This document shows, one piece after another, positions 8,439-18,260 of a DNA stretch of 64,000 bases (position 1 is its first letter; each line of letters starts with the position of its first letter). The notes under the pieces were generated by a model. The model ran no database searches and was not told the origin of the DNA. It worked only from the letters and a program-made list of their open reading frames with translations. The stretch is from positions 1,093,240 through 1,157,239 of the forward strand of contig OY970224.1 in NCBI GenBank assembly GCA_963714035.1. The letters are read 5' to 3'. A program made the translations under genes and the position numbers. This DNA is from an uncultured Acidobacteriota bacterium (GTDB lineage Bacteria; Acidobacteriota; Thermoanaerobaculia; UBA5066; DATFVB01).

Positions 8439-10862
8439 ATGACCGGCCTGCTCCAGGACGTCCGGTTCGCTCTTCGCGGGCTCCGAAACCATCCCGGATT
8501 CACGTCGGTCGCGATCCTGACGCTCGCCCTCGCCGTCGGAAGTACGACCGCCGTGGTCTCGCTGACCCGCGCGGCGCTCGTGAAGTCTCTCCCCTACGCG
8601 GACCCGTCGGAGCTCGTCCATCTCTGGATGACGGACTCGAACGGAAAACACGAGCTCGCGTATCCGGACTATCTCGACCTCCGGCGCGAGACGCACGCCT
8701 TCGCGGACATGGGCGGATACGTCGGCGGACAGAAGGGAATTCTTCAGCTCTCCGGGGAATCCCTTCCGATCCGCGGGGCCGCCGCGTCCGCGAGCTTCTT
8801 TTCCACGCTGGGGATCGTCCCCGCGACCGGGCGAACATTCGAGCCGGCCGACGAGCTGCCGGGCGCGCCCCGATCCGTCGTTCTCGGATACCGCCTGTGG
8901 CGCGAGAGGTTCGCGGCGGATCCCTCGGTCGTGGGACAGGCGATCGTCCTCAACGGAATTCCGCGCCGGGTCGCGGGAGTCCTTCCCGCGGGTTTCAACT
9001 TCGCTCCGGCGCTCGACGCGGACCTCTGGGTGAATCTCCGGGTCGGCGAGCAGCAGATGCGGCGGAACCTCTGGTGGTTCAACGTCGTCGCGCGCCGGCG
9101 TCCGGGGCTCGATCCGAAGAAGGCGGCAGACGACGTCGCTCGCGTCTTCGGAAGCCTCTCCCGGCAATTCCCCGATTCGCACACGGGCACGGGAATCGAT
9201 GCGGTTCCGCTGGACGATCAGATCCTCGGGCCGGTCCGGCACATCCTGTCGGCGCTCCTCGGCGCGGTCGCGGCCGTCCTGCTCATCGCCTGCGCGAACA
9301 TCGCGGGCCTCCTGCTCGGGCGAGCGACGTCTCGCCGGAAGGAGATCGCGATCCGGGCCGCGCTCGGCGCTTCTTCGCGGCGCCTGGTTTCCCAGCTCCT
9401 CGCGGAGAGCTTCCTGCTCGCGGGCATCGGCGGCGCCGCCGGCGTCCTGCTGTCCGTGGCGCTCGTCCGGCTGCTGCTCGCCGGAATCCCGGAGGCCCAG
9501 GCCGCCGCCATGCCGTATCTGACGCACGCCCGGCTCGACGGCGTCGTCCTCCTGGCCGGCCTCGCCGTGACGGCCGCGGCCGGCCTCCTCTTCGGGCTCG
9601 CTCCTTCCCTCCAGATCGCGCGATCCGCGGGCAACGATCCTCTGCGGGAAACCCATTCCTCCGACGGGCGCCCCGCCCAGCGGATGCGCTCCGCGCTCGT
9701 CGTCGGAGAGATCGCCGCCGCCATCGTCCTCCTCGCGTCGGCGGGCGTCATGATCCGCAGCACGATCACGCTCCTCCGCGTCGATCCGGGCTTCGAGACG
9801 AAAAACCTCCTGACCATGCAGGTCGACCTGCCGTCGAATCCGCGGTACGAGGGAAGCGACCGGCTGACCGCATTCCACGCGGAGCTCCTCGCGCGCATTC
9901 GATCCGTCCCGGGCGTGCGGGGCGCCGGAACGGTCAGCGTGCTTCCTCTCTCGGGGGGAGGCGACACCGTGAATTTCGCGATCGAAGGGAGACCCGTCGT
10001 ACCCGGCCACGAGATCGAGGCGAACATCCGGACCATCTCGGCGGGTTACTTCCACGACATGGGAATCCCTCTGGTGGCGGGACGGTCCTTCGGCCCCGGG
10101 GATCGCGACGGCGGGCCGAAGACCGTAATCGTCAACCGCTCACTCGCGAGGCGGTTCTTCGGGACCGCGAGCCCCGTCGGCAGGAGAATCCGGTTCACTT
10201 TCAACGACCGGCAGCCGTACCGCGAGATCGTCGGCGTCGTCGGCGACGAGAACCAGAAGGGCCTCGACGCCGAACCCAACCCCGTCGTCTACGCGAGCTA
10301 CCTCCAGAGCCTCGAAGACTCGATGCGCGTCGTCGTCCGCACCGCCGGGAACCCGGAAGGGCTCGGCCGTTCGGTCAAGGCGGCGATCCAGTCGATCGAT
10401 CCGGCGATCATGATCGTGGACGTGTCCACGATGGGCCGGCTGATTTCCGACGCCCCCTCGACCTTCCTGCGCCGCTTCCCCGCCCTGCTGATCGGAGGCT
10501 TCGCGGCCGTGGCTCTCCTGCTGGCGGCGATCGGCCTCTACGGCATCATGGCGTTCGCCGTGGCGCGCCGCACCCGGGAGATCGGCATTCGGCTGGCGCT
10601 CGGCGCGGGGCGCCGGGACGTCATCGGGATGGTTCTCTCGGCGGGGAGCCGGCTCGTCGCCGGGGGGCTCGCGCTCGGTTTCGCCGGCGCGGTTGCGGCG
10701 ACGCGCGTGCTCTCTTCGATCGTCTTTCGCGTGCGGCCGCTCGATCCGGTCAGCCTGTTCGCCGTGTCGATCCTCCTGGCGGCGGTGGCGCTCCTCGCCT
10801 GCTGGCTTCCCGCGCGGCGGGCGGCGGCCGTCGACCCCATGACCGCGCTGCGCGACGAGTGA
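8439..10862 (+). CDS. ADOP-family permease 4
   Basis: ATG at 8439 follows GGAAGGAAGGAG. N-terminus is MTGLLQDVRFALRGLRNHPGFTSVAILTLALAVGSTTAVVSL. C-terminus is ARRAAAVDPMTALRDE. The upstream part of track ORF 7470-10862 overlaps permease 3 out of frame. Confidence 0.88.
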   Translation: MTGLLQDVRFALRGLRNHPGFTSVAILTLALAVGSTTAVVSLTRAALVKSLPYADPSELVHLWMTDSNGKHELAYPDYLDLRRETHAFADMGGYVGGQKGILQLSGESLPIRGAAASASFFSTLGIVPATGRTFEPADELPGAPRSVVLGYRLWRERFAADPSVVGQAIVLNGIPRRVAGVLPAGFNFAPALDADLWVNLRVGEQQMRRNLWWFNVVARRRPGLDPKKAADDVARVFGSLSRQFPDSHTGTGIDAVPLDDQILGPVRHILSALLGAVAAVLLIACANIAGLLLGRATSRRKEIAIRAALGASSRRLVSQLLAESFLLAGIGGAAGVLLSVALVRLLLAGIPEAQAAAMPYLTHARLDGVVLLAGLAVTAAAGLLFGLAPSLQIARSAGNDPLRETHSSDGRPAQRMRSALVVGEIAAAIVLLASAGVMIRSTITLLRVDPGFETKNLLTMQVDLPSNPRYEGSDRLTAFHAELLARIRSVPGVRGAGTVSVLPLSGGGDTVNFAIEGRPVVPGHEIEANIRTISAGYFHDMGIPLVAGRSFGPGDRDGGPKTVIVNRSLARRFFGTASPVGRRIRFTFNDRQPYREIVGVVGDENQKGLDAEPNPVVYASYLQSLEDSMRVVVRTAGNPEGLGRSVKAAIQSIDPAIMIVDVSTMGRLISDAPSTFLRRFPALLIGGFAAVALLLAAIGLYGIMAFAVARRTREIGIRLALGAGRRDVIGMVLSAGSRLVAGGLALGFAGAVAATRVLSSIVFRVRPLDPVSLFAVSILLAAVALLACWLPARRAAAVDPMTALRDE

Positions 10863-10871
10863 GATGAACCG

Positions 10872-13277
10872 ATGAGCACTCTCTTCCAGGATGTCCGTTA
10901 TGCGCTCCGCGGGCTGCGACGAAGCCCCGGATTCACCACGATCGCGATCCTGATGCTCGCCCTCGGCGTGGGATCGACGACGGCGGTCTTCTCGATCATC
11001 TATTCGCTCCTCTGGAAACCGCTCCCCTACCCGGCTCCCGCGCGGCTCGTGCGGCTCTTCGAGACGCGTCCGGAAAAGGGAATCGACAAGGCGGCGGTCG
11101 CCGACGGGGAATTCGTCGAGTGGCAGGCTCGCGCGGAGTCGTTCGACGGGCTCGCCGCCGTCCTCTATCCCGGGTTCACGCTCGTCTCCGGGGGCGAAGC
11201 TCACCAGATCGAGGGCATCCGCACGAGCCCGGACTTCCTCCAGATCCTCGGCGCTCGGCCGCTCGCGGGCCGGTTCTTCACGCCCGCCGATGGGCGTCCG
11301 GGAGCGCCGCCGGTCGCGGTGCTCGGAGCCACCCTGTGGCGTTCCCGCTTTCAGGGGAATCGATCGATCCTCGGCCGCACGATCTCTCTCGACGGGCGCC
11401 CGACGACGGTCGTCGGAATTCTTCCCGAAGGGTTCGACTGGTACGGCAAGGTCGACGCGGTCGCGCCCCTCGCCTTCGACGCGGCGGACGCGGCCGACTT
11501 CCACCACCACCACCTCGACGTGTTCGGACGGCTGAAGGAGGACGCGCCGCTCGCCCGCGCGCGCGCCGAGATGAACTCCGTCGCCGCCGTCGTCTCGCGC
11601 GACCATTCGGCCTCTCGCGGAGACGGAATCGGCATCGCGCCGCTGCGCGAAGACATGGCGGGGCCGACCGCGAGCTCGTTGCGCCTCGCGCTCGGCGCGA
11701 TCCTGTTCGTCCTCCTCGTCGCCTGCGCGAACCTCGCGAACCTCCTCCTCGCCCGCTCCTCGCGGCGCCGGCGGGAGATCTCGATCCGGCTCGCCGTCGG
11801 CGCGAGCCGCGTCCGGCTCGTGCGTCAGCTCCTGACGGAGAGCATCGTTCTGGCCGCCGGGGGCGCCGCCGCCGGGATCGGCGTCGCCTTCGTGGCGGTC
11901 GAGGGCGCCCGGACCGTCCTCGGAGGAATGTCGCGGGCTCCGGAGATCGGACTTCATCCGGCTTCTCTGCTGTTCGGAGCGGTGCTCGCCGCCGGTACCG
12001 GCCTCGCCTTCGGCCTCGCTCCCGCTCTCCAGCTCGCCGGAGAAGGCGCCCGCTCGCGGAGTCTGTCGGGATCGCTTCCCTCGGCGCAACGATCTTCGAA
12101 GCGGATGCGGCAGGCGTTCGTCGCAGGCGAAGTCGCCCTGTCTCTCATCCTGCTGCTGTCCGGCGGTCTCCTCCTCCGCACCTTCTGGAACCTGGAGCGG
12201 GTGAATCCCGGGTTCGGCCCGGCGAGGCTCGCGGCGGTGTCGGTCGATCTTCCGGAGGCGCGCTACCCGGACCTTCCGGCGGCCGCCGATTTCCTGCAGC
12301 GGACAGCGTCGGATCTCGGGACGATCCCCGGGGCGGATTCGGCCGGAGTCGTCAACATAGTTCCGCTCTCGGGAAACGATTCCGGGTCGGGGCTCCTGCT
12401 CGACGGGAACGACGACCCCGCGGTAGATCCGCCGTCCGTGCAGTACCGCGTCGAGGGCGCCGATTCCTTTCGGGCGCTCGGCATCGCCATGCAGCGCGGG
12501 CGACCCTTCGACTCCCGCGATCGTGCGGATTCCCAGCCGGTCGCCATCGTGAACCGGGCGTTCGCGAGCCGATTCTGGCCCGGGAAGGACGCCGTCGGCC
12601 GACGTCTGAAGATCGGCCGACGATCGCCGCAGACTCCGTGGCGCATCGTCGTCGGAGTCTCCGACGACGTGCGGGAGCAGACTCTCGATCTCCCCTCCGT
12701 TCCGGAAGTGGACGTTCCGCTCGGACAGTGGCCGGTCCGACGGGCGGTCTTCGTCGTCCGTGCGCGCCGCTCGCCGATAGCGATCCTCGGCGCGATCCGC
12801 GCGCGCCTTCGCGTCGCCGATCCGGAGCTCCCGACCGACGACCTCGACGTCTACCCGCACCTCGTTTCCCAGTCGCTCGCGTCGCGCCGGTACCTCGCCC
12901 AGGCCGTGGCGGGCTTCGCGGGAGCGGCATTCCTCCTCGCGGCGATCGGAATCTACGGCGTGATCTCCTACCGCGTCGCCGAGCGGACCCGCGAGATCGG
13001 GATCCGGATCGCCCTCGGGGCGCGCGGCGGCCGCGTGATGCGCCTCGTCGTCGGCGAGGGCGCGCGAGTCGTCGGGGCGGGGCTGCTCGTCGGCCTCGCC
13101 GCCTCGGCCGTCGCCACGCGACTTCTCGCAAGCTTTCTGTTCGGCGTCCGGCCGATCGATCCGGCGACGTTCGCCGCCGTCTCCCTGCTCCTCTTCGTGA
13201 CGGGCGTCGCCGCGGCCTGGTTCCCTGCCCGCCGCGCGGCGCGGATAGACCCGATGAAGGCGCTCAGGGAAGAGTGA
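10872..13277 (+). CDS. ADOP-family permease 5
   Basis: 801 aa. N-terminus is MSTLFQDVRYALRGLRRSPGFTTIAILMLALGVGSTTAVFSII. C-terminus is ARRAARIDPMKALREE. Confidence 0.9.
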   Translation: MSTLFQDVRYALRGLRRSPGFTTIAILMLALGVGSTTAVFSIIYSLLWKPLPYPAPARLVRLFETRPEKGIDKAAVADGEFVEWQARAESFDGLAAVLYPGFTLVSGGEAHQIEGIRTSPDFLQILGARPLAGRFFTPADGRPGAPPVAVLGATLWRSRFQGNRSILGRTISLDGRPTTVVGILPEGFDWYGKVDAVAPLAFDAADAADFHHHHLDVFGRLKEDAPLARARAEMNSVAAVVSRDHSASRGDGIGIAPLREDMAGPTASSLRLALGAILFVLLVACANLANLLLARSSRRRREISIRLAVGASRVRLVRQLLTESIVLAAGGAAAGIGVAFVAVEGARTVLGGMSRAPEIGLHPASLLFGAVLAAGTGLAFGLAPALQLAGEGARSRSLSGSLPSAQRSSKRMRQAFVAGEVALSLILLLSGGLLLRTFWNLERVNPGFGPARLAAVSVDLPEARYPDLPAAADFLQRTASDLGTIPGADSAGVVNIVPLSGNDSGSGLLLDGNDDPAVDPPSVQYRVEGADSFRALGIAMQRGRPFDSRDRADSQPVAIVNRAFASRFWPGKDAVGRRLKIGRRSPQTPWRIVVGVSDDVREQTLDLPSVPEVDVPLGQWPVRRAVFVVRARRSPIAILGAIRARLRVADPELPTDDLDVYPHLVSQSLASRRYLAQAVAGFAGAAFLLAAIGIYGVISYRVAERTREIGIRIALGARGGRVMRLVVGEGARVVGAGLLVGLAASAVATRLLASFLFGVRPIDPATFAAVSLLLFVTGVAAAWFPARRAARIDPMKALREE

Positions 13278-13287
13278 AGGAGAGCCC

Positions 13288-15720
13288 ATGACCGGTCTGC
13301 TCCAGGACGTCCGGTTCGCCCTTCGCGGCTTCCGCCGCACGCCGGGGTTCACCGCGCTCGCGGTCGCGACCCTCGCGCTCGGCCTCGGAGCGAGCGCCGC
13401 GATGTTCGGAATCGTGGATCGCACGATCCTTCGCCCGTTTCCGTATCGCCGCCCCGACGAGCTCGTCCAGGTCATCGAGACCTGGAACGGAACGCGCGGC
13501 TTCGGTCCGCCTTCCTGGGCCGATTTTCTCGACTGGCGCCGCGAGACGCGTTCGTTCGACGGCATCGCGGGATACCTCGCTCAGTCGGGCAACCTCGAAC
13601 GAAAAGGGGAACCGGAGCGCGTCCCGGTCGTCCAGGCAACCGCGAACCTCTTCGACGTGCTGGGCGAGGGCGCTGCGCTCGGCCGGACGTTCTCTCCCGG
13701 CGAGGACGGCGCCGGCGGCCCGTGCGTCGCGGTGCTCGGCGACGCGATCTGGCGAAGCCGTTTCGGAGCGGATCCAAACGCGGCCGGAAGCGTCGTCCGC
13801 CTCGACGGCGCGCCCTGCACGATCATCGGCGTGGCGCCGGCCGGCTTCGAGTTCCCCGCGGGCGTCGCCGACGGGCTCTGGACGACGCTCCATCCCGACG
13901 CTCCGATCTACGCCGACCGCGGCTCGCATTTCCTCGGCACGATCGCGCGTCTCCGCTCCGGCGTCACTCCGCGGGCCGGGAGCGCAGAGATCGACGGGAT
14001 CATGCGCGGGATCGCGCGCGCGTATCCGGAAGCGGCCCCCAACCGCGGCGGCCGGGTCGTTCCGTACCGTCTCTGGGCCTCCGCCGATTACCGGCCGAAA
14101 CTCTTCATCCTTTCCGGCGCGGTCGCGCTCGTTCTCCTCATCGCCTGCGTGAACCTCGCCGGGATGCTGCTCGCGCGCTCCACCGCGCGCCGCCGCGAGC
14201 TCGCGATCCGGGTCGCGCTCGGCGCGGGGCGGCGCCGCCTCGTGCGCCAGATGCTCGTCGAGAGCGGGGTGCTCGCCCTCGCGGGCGCCGCCGCCGGCAT
14301 CGCGGTGGCCGCCGCGGGGTCGAGTCTCTTCGCGCGCGTCGTCACGCCGTACCTTCCCCGCGCCGCGACCTTCGCGCCGGACGGCCGGATGCTGCTCTTC
14401 GGGCTCGCGGCCGCCGCGGCCACCGTCGTCGTGTTCGGGCTCTTCCCGGCGATCCGCGCCGCCCGCGCGGAGGCGACCGCGCTGCGCGGCGAAATGGCGG
14501 GCTCGCCCCGCGGCCTCGATCGCGTCCGCGGCGCGCTCGTCGTCGCCGAGACGGCGCTGTCTCTCGTTCTCCTCGCGGCGGCGGCGCTCCTCGCACGGAC
14601 TCTCGTCGCTCTCGCGCGTCAGGACGGCGGACTCGTCGCCGATCACGCGATCACATTCAAGACGGCGCCGTCGCCGAAGAGCTATCCGGGCCGAAGCCTC
14701 GAGGAGGCGTACTTCGCTCCTCTGCGGCGCCGCATCGGCGAAATCCCGGGCGTGCGGGCGGTCGCGACGATCAATCGTTTTCCGCTCGAGGCGTGGGGAA
14801 TCAACGGCACTTTCCTGATCGAAGGCCGCCCCGTCCCCGTCGACCCCACCGACTGGGACGCCGAAATGCGGGTGATCGGTCCCGGGTATTTCGCGGCCGT
14901 CGGCGCCGGGATGCGGCGGGGCCGCGATTTCGCCGATTCGGACTCGGCCGGCGCGCCGCTCGTCGCGATCGTCAACGACGCCTTCGCCCGGCGCTATCTG
15001 GACGGCGACGATCCGGTCGGCCGTCGTTTCCGGCTCGAGCCCTCGTCGCCTCCGGTCACGATCGTCGGGGAGTACGGAGCCATCCGTCAGACAGGCCTCG
15101 GCCGGGCCGCCGAGCCCGAGATCGACTTTCCGGCGGCCCAGGTCGCGCCGGTCGGAGAGCTCTACGAGTTCGGGCTCGCGCGCGGCGTCACGTTCGTCGT
15201 GCGGTCGGCCGTTCCCCCGGAATCGCTCGTGCCCTCGCTCCGCGAGGCGGTCCGGCGATTCGCTCCGGCGCAGCCGGTCTACGCGTTCCGAACGCTCGGC
15301 GAGATCCGCGACGACTCGATGCAGGGAGACCGGTTCGCCCTCTCGCTCGTCGCCGCTTTCGCGGGGATCGCGCTCCTCCTCTGCATCGCCGGGATCTACG
15401 GCGTCATGAGCTACTTCGTCGCGCAGCGGACGCGCGATATCGGGATCCGGATGGCCCTGGGCGCGAGCCCGCGAAACGTCCTCGGCTTCGTTCTCCGGTC
15501 GGCTCTCCTGCTCGCCGCGATCGGCGTCGCGGCAGGCCTCGCCGGATCGGTCGCCGCGGGAAGCGTCCTCGGGTCGCTGCTCTTCGGTGTCCGGCCGACC
15601 GATCCCGCCACACTCGGGGCCGCGGCGCTCGCGCTCTTCGGAACGGCGGCCGCGGCGGCCTGGGTGCCCGCCCGCCGGGCCTCGAGGGTCGATCCGACGA
15701 CGGCGCTCCGGGCGGAATGA
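13288..15720 (+). CDS. ADOP-family permease 6
   Basis: 810 aa. N-terminus is MTGLLQDVRFALRGFRRTPGFTALAVATLALGLGASAAMFGIV. C-terminus is ARRASRVDPTTALRAE. The first ~35 nt are nearly identical to the 5' end of permease 4. Confidence 0.9.
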   Translation: MTGLLQDVRFALRGFRRTPGFTALAVATLALGLGASAAMFGIVDRTILRPFPYRRPDELVQVIETWNGTRGFGPPSWADFLDWRRETRSFDGIAGYLAQSGNLERKGEPERVPVVQATANLFDVLGEGAALGRTFSPGEDGAGGPCVAVLGDAIWRSRFGADPNAAGSVVRLDGAPCTIIGVAPAGFEFPAGVADGLWTTLHPDAPIYADRGSHFLGTIARLRSGVTPRAGSAEIDGIMRGIARAYPEAAPNRGGRVVPYRLWASADYRPKLFILSGAVALVLLIACVNLAGMLLARSTARRRELAIRVALGAGRRRLVRQMLVESGVLALAGAAAGIAVAAAGSSLFARVVTPYLPRAATFAPDGRMLLFGLAAAAATVVVFGLFPAIRAARAEATALRGEMAGSPRGLDRVRGALVVAETALSLVLLAAAALLARTLVALARQDGGLVADHAITFKTAPSPKSYPGRSLEEAYFAPLRRRIGEIPGVRAVATINRFPLEAWGINGTFLIEGRPVPVDPTDWDAEMRVIGPGYFAAVGAGMRRGRDFADSDSAGAPLVAIVNDAFARRYLDGDDPVGRRFRLEPSSPPVTIVGEYGAIRQTGLGRAAEPEIDFPAAQVAPVGELYEFGLARGVTFVVRSAVPPESLVPSLREAVRRFAPAQPVYAFRTLGEIRDDSMQGDRFALSLVAAFAGIALLLCIAGIYGVMSYFVAQRTRDIGIRMALGASPRNVLGFVLRSALLLAAIGVAAGLAGSVAAGSVLGSLLFGVRPTDPATLGAAALALFGTAAAAAWVPARRASRVDPTTALRAE

Positions 15721-15748
15721 GTGACGACGCCGTGAAAGGAAGCTGGCC

Positions 15749-18169
15749 ATGAAAGGTCTCGTCCAGGACGTCCGGTTCGCGCTGAGGGGTTTCCGCCGAA
15801 CCCCGGCGTTCGTCGCCCTCGCCGTCGCGACCCTCGGGATCGGCATCGGGGCCAATACGGCGATCTTCTCGGTCGCCGAGGCGGTCCTCTTCCGCCCTCT
15901 TCCCTACCGCGATCCCTCCCGCCTCGTCCAGCTCTGGGGGAAGCGCCCGAAACTCGGACAGGAACGGCTCGTGTGGTCGTATCCGGATTTTCGCGACTGC
16001 CGGACGCAGAGCGCGTCCCTTGCCGGAGCGGCGGCATTCGCGGACTATTCCGTCAACCTGACGGGGAATGGCCGCCCCGAGCGCCTGCTCGGCGCGTTCG
16101 TCTCCACCGATTTCCTGCGCGTGCTCGGGATCGCGCCCGTTCTCGGGCGGGACTTCGCTCCCGGGGAAGAAACGCCGGGAGGCGACGCGGTCGTCCTTCT
16201 GACCCGCTCGTTCCTCGTGCGTCGATTCGGAGGAGATCCCTCGATCGTCGGAAGAGTCGTTCATCTCGACGGGAAGCCCTACACGGTCATCGGCGTGGTT
16301 CCCGACGGAATCCGGCTTCCGACGCTCTCTCCCGATACCGCACTCTTCGTTCCGATCTCTCACGGCTTCGGGCTCGACAACCGATCGGGTCACTACCTGA
16401 GCGTGGTCGCGCGCCTGAAACCGGGCCTGACGCTCGCAGCGGTCCGCGCCGAGCTCGCCGGAATCTCCAGGGGGCTCGTCCGTCGTTATCCGGGCTCAGA
16501 AACCGTGTTCGGCATCACGGCCTATCCGCTGTCGACCGAGATCGCCGTCGATGCCCGCCCCGCGGTCCTCGTCCTCCTCGGCGCCGTGGGGCTCGTGCTG
16601 CTGATCTCCCTCGTCAATCTCGCGCACATGCTCCTCGCCCGGACCTCCGCCCGGCAGGCGGAGATCGCGGTCCGCATGGCCATCGGCTCCGGCCGGTGGC
16701 GGCTGGTGCGCCAGCTCCTGACCGAAAGCGTCGTTCTGGCGTTCGCGGGCGGCGCTGCCGGCGTCCTGATCGCGGCGGCCGGTGTCTCGCTTCTCAAGGC
16801 GCTCGGCCCGACCGACATCGCGCGCCTCGACGAGGTGCGCCTCGACACGGTCGCGCTGGCCTACGCCGCCGCGATCTCGTTCGTCGCCGGACTCTTTTTC
16901 GGAATCGCGCCGGCGTGGAAATCCGCGTCTCGCGATCCGTTCGCCGCGCTCAAGCGCGCCGGGCGCGCGTCCCGCGACGAGGGATCCGCCGGGCTCCGCG
17001 AAGCGCTCGTGGTGGCCGAATTCGCGCTTTCGGTCATGCTGCTGATCGGCGCCGGGTTGATGCTCAAGAGCTTCCGGCAGCTCACGCGCGTCGACATCGG
17101 TTTCTCGCCGGAGCGGCTCGTCGCCGCCGAGCTCGATCTGCCGGAATCGAAATACCCGCACGGACGCCAGATCAATGCGTTCCTCGACCGCCTCCTCGAG
17201 CGATCCGCGGCGCTGCCCGGAGTCGCGTCCGCCGCCGCAATCACGGACGTTCCCCTTCGTCAGGCGCGTCCCGAGAATCTTTCCTACCTGGTCGAGGGCC
17301 GCCCCCGGGACGCCTCCAACGTTCTGATCGCGGTCTACAACAGCATCACGCCCGGATACTTCGCCACGGTCGGCCTTCCTGTCGTTTCGGGACGCGTTTT
17401 CGGCCCGGGCGACGGGTCAGGAGCGCCGGCGGTCGTCATCGTCAACGAGACGTTCGCCCGGCACGCATTCCCGGGGCGCGATCCGGTCGGACGGCGCATC
17501 TCCCTCGGCGATGCCCCGAAGGACTCCGACTGGATCAAGATCGTGGGCGTCGTCCGGGACGTCCGCAGCGTCGATCTCCAGACCCCTCCGCGGAGCCAGA
17601 TGTACATGCCCTTCGCGCAGCAGGCGGACTCGGGATTCGCGCTCGTCCTCCGCGTCCGGCCGGGCCGCCGCGATCTCGCACCCGACCTCCGGCGCATCGT
17701 CGCCTCGCTCGATCCGGACCAGCCGGTGTACGGCATCCGCACGATGGATCAGATCGTCTCCGAATCGGTGACCCAGCCTCGGTTCCGCACCACCCTGATC
17801 GTGATCTTCGCGGGGATCGCGGTCGTTCTCGCCATGACGGGCATCTACGGCGTCGTGTCGTATCTCGTCAGCGGGCGAGCGCGCGAAATCGGCATCCGCC
17901 TCGCTCTCGGCGCGACCCCGTCGGACGTGGTTCGTCTGGTCGTCGGGGACGGAATGCGCGGGGCGACGCTCGGCGTCGCCGTGGGGCTCGGAGCCGCCGC
18001 GGCGGCCGCCCGGGTCCTGAGAACCCTCCTGTTCGGAGTGGCGCCGACGGACATCGCGACGTTCGCCGCCGTCGCGGCGATTCTGCTGGGCGTCGGCCTG
18101 CTCGCGTGCGCCCTGCCCGCGCGGAGCGCGGCGCGAACGGACCCGGCAACGACGTTGAGGACCGAATGA
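15749..18169 (+). CDS. ADOP-family permease 7
   Basis: 806 aa. N-terminus is MKGLVQDVRFALRGFRRTPAFVALAVATLGIGIGANTAIFSVA. C-terminus is ARSAARTDPATTLRTE. Confidence 0.9.
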   Translation: MKGLVQDVRFALRGFRRTPAFVALAVATLGIGIGANTAIFSVAEAVLFRPLPYRDPSRLVQLWGKRPKLGQERLVWSYPDFRDCRTQSASLAGAAAFADYSVNLTGNGRPERLLGAFVSTDFLRVLGIAPVLGRDFAPGEETPGGDAVVLLTRSFLVRRFGGDPSIVGRVVHLDGKPYTVIGVVPDGIRLPTLSPDTALFVPISHGFGLDNRSGHYLSVVARLKPGLTLAAVRAELAGISRGLVRRYPGSETVFGITAYPLSTEIAVDARPAVLVLLGAVGLVLLISLVNLAHMLLARTSARQAEIAVRMAIGSGRWRLVRQLLTESVVLAFAGGAAGVLIAAAGVSLLKALGPTDIARLDEVRLDTVALAYAAAISFVAGLFFGIAPAWKSASRDPFAALKRAGRASRDEGSAGLREALVVAEFALSVMLLIGAGLMLKSFRQLTRVDIGFSPERLVAAELDLPESKYPHGRQINAFLDRLLERSAALPGVASAAAITDVPLRQARPENLSYLVEGRPRDASNVLIAVYNSITPGYFATVGLPVVSGRVFGPGDGSGAPAVVIVNETFARHAFPGRDPVGRRISLGDAPKDSDWIKIVGVVRDVRSVDLQTPPRSQMYMPFAQQADSGFALVLRVRPGRRDLAPDLRRIVASLDPDQPVYGIRTMDQIVSESVTQPRFRTTLIVIFAGIAVVLAMTGIYGVVSYLVSGRAREIGIRLALGATPSDVVRLVVGDGMRGATLGVAVGLGAAAAAARVLRTLLFGVAPTDIATFAAVAAILLGVGLLACALPARSAARTDPATTLRTE

Positions 18170-18260
18170 TGGTCCGATTCTCCGTTCGCTCCGCGCCGGC
18201 AGTCCCCCCGTCGTCGCCGAGCCGAGCGGAAAGGAACGGGATGACCGCCAGGAGAAGAGC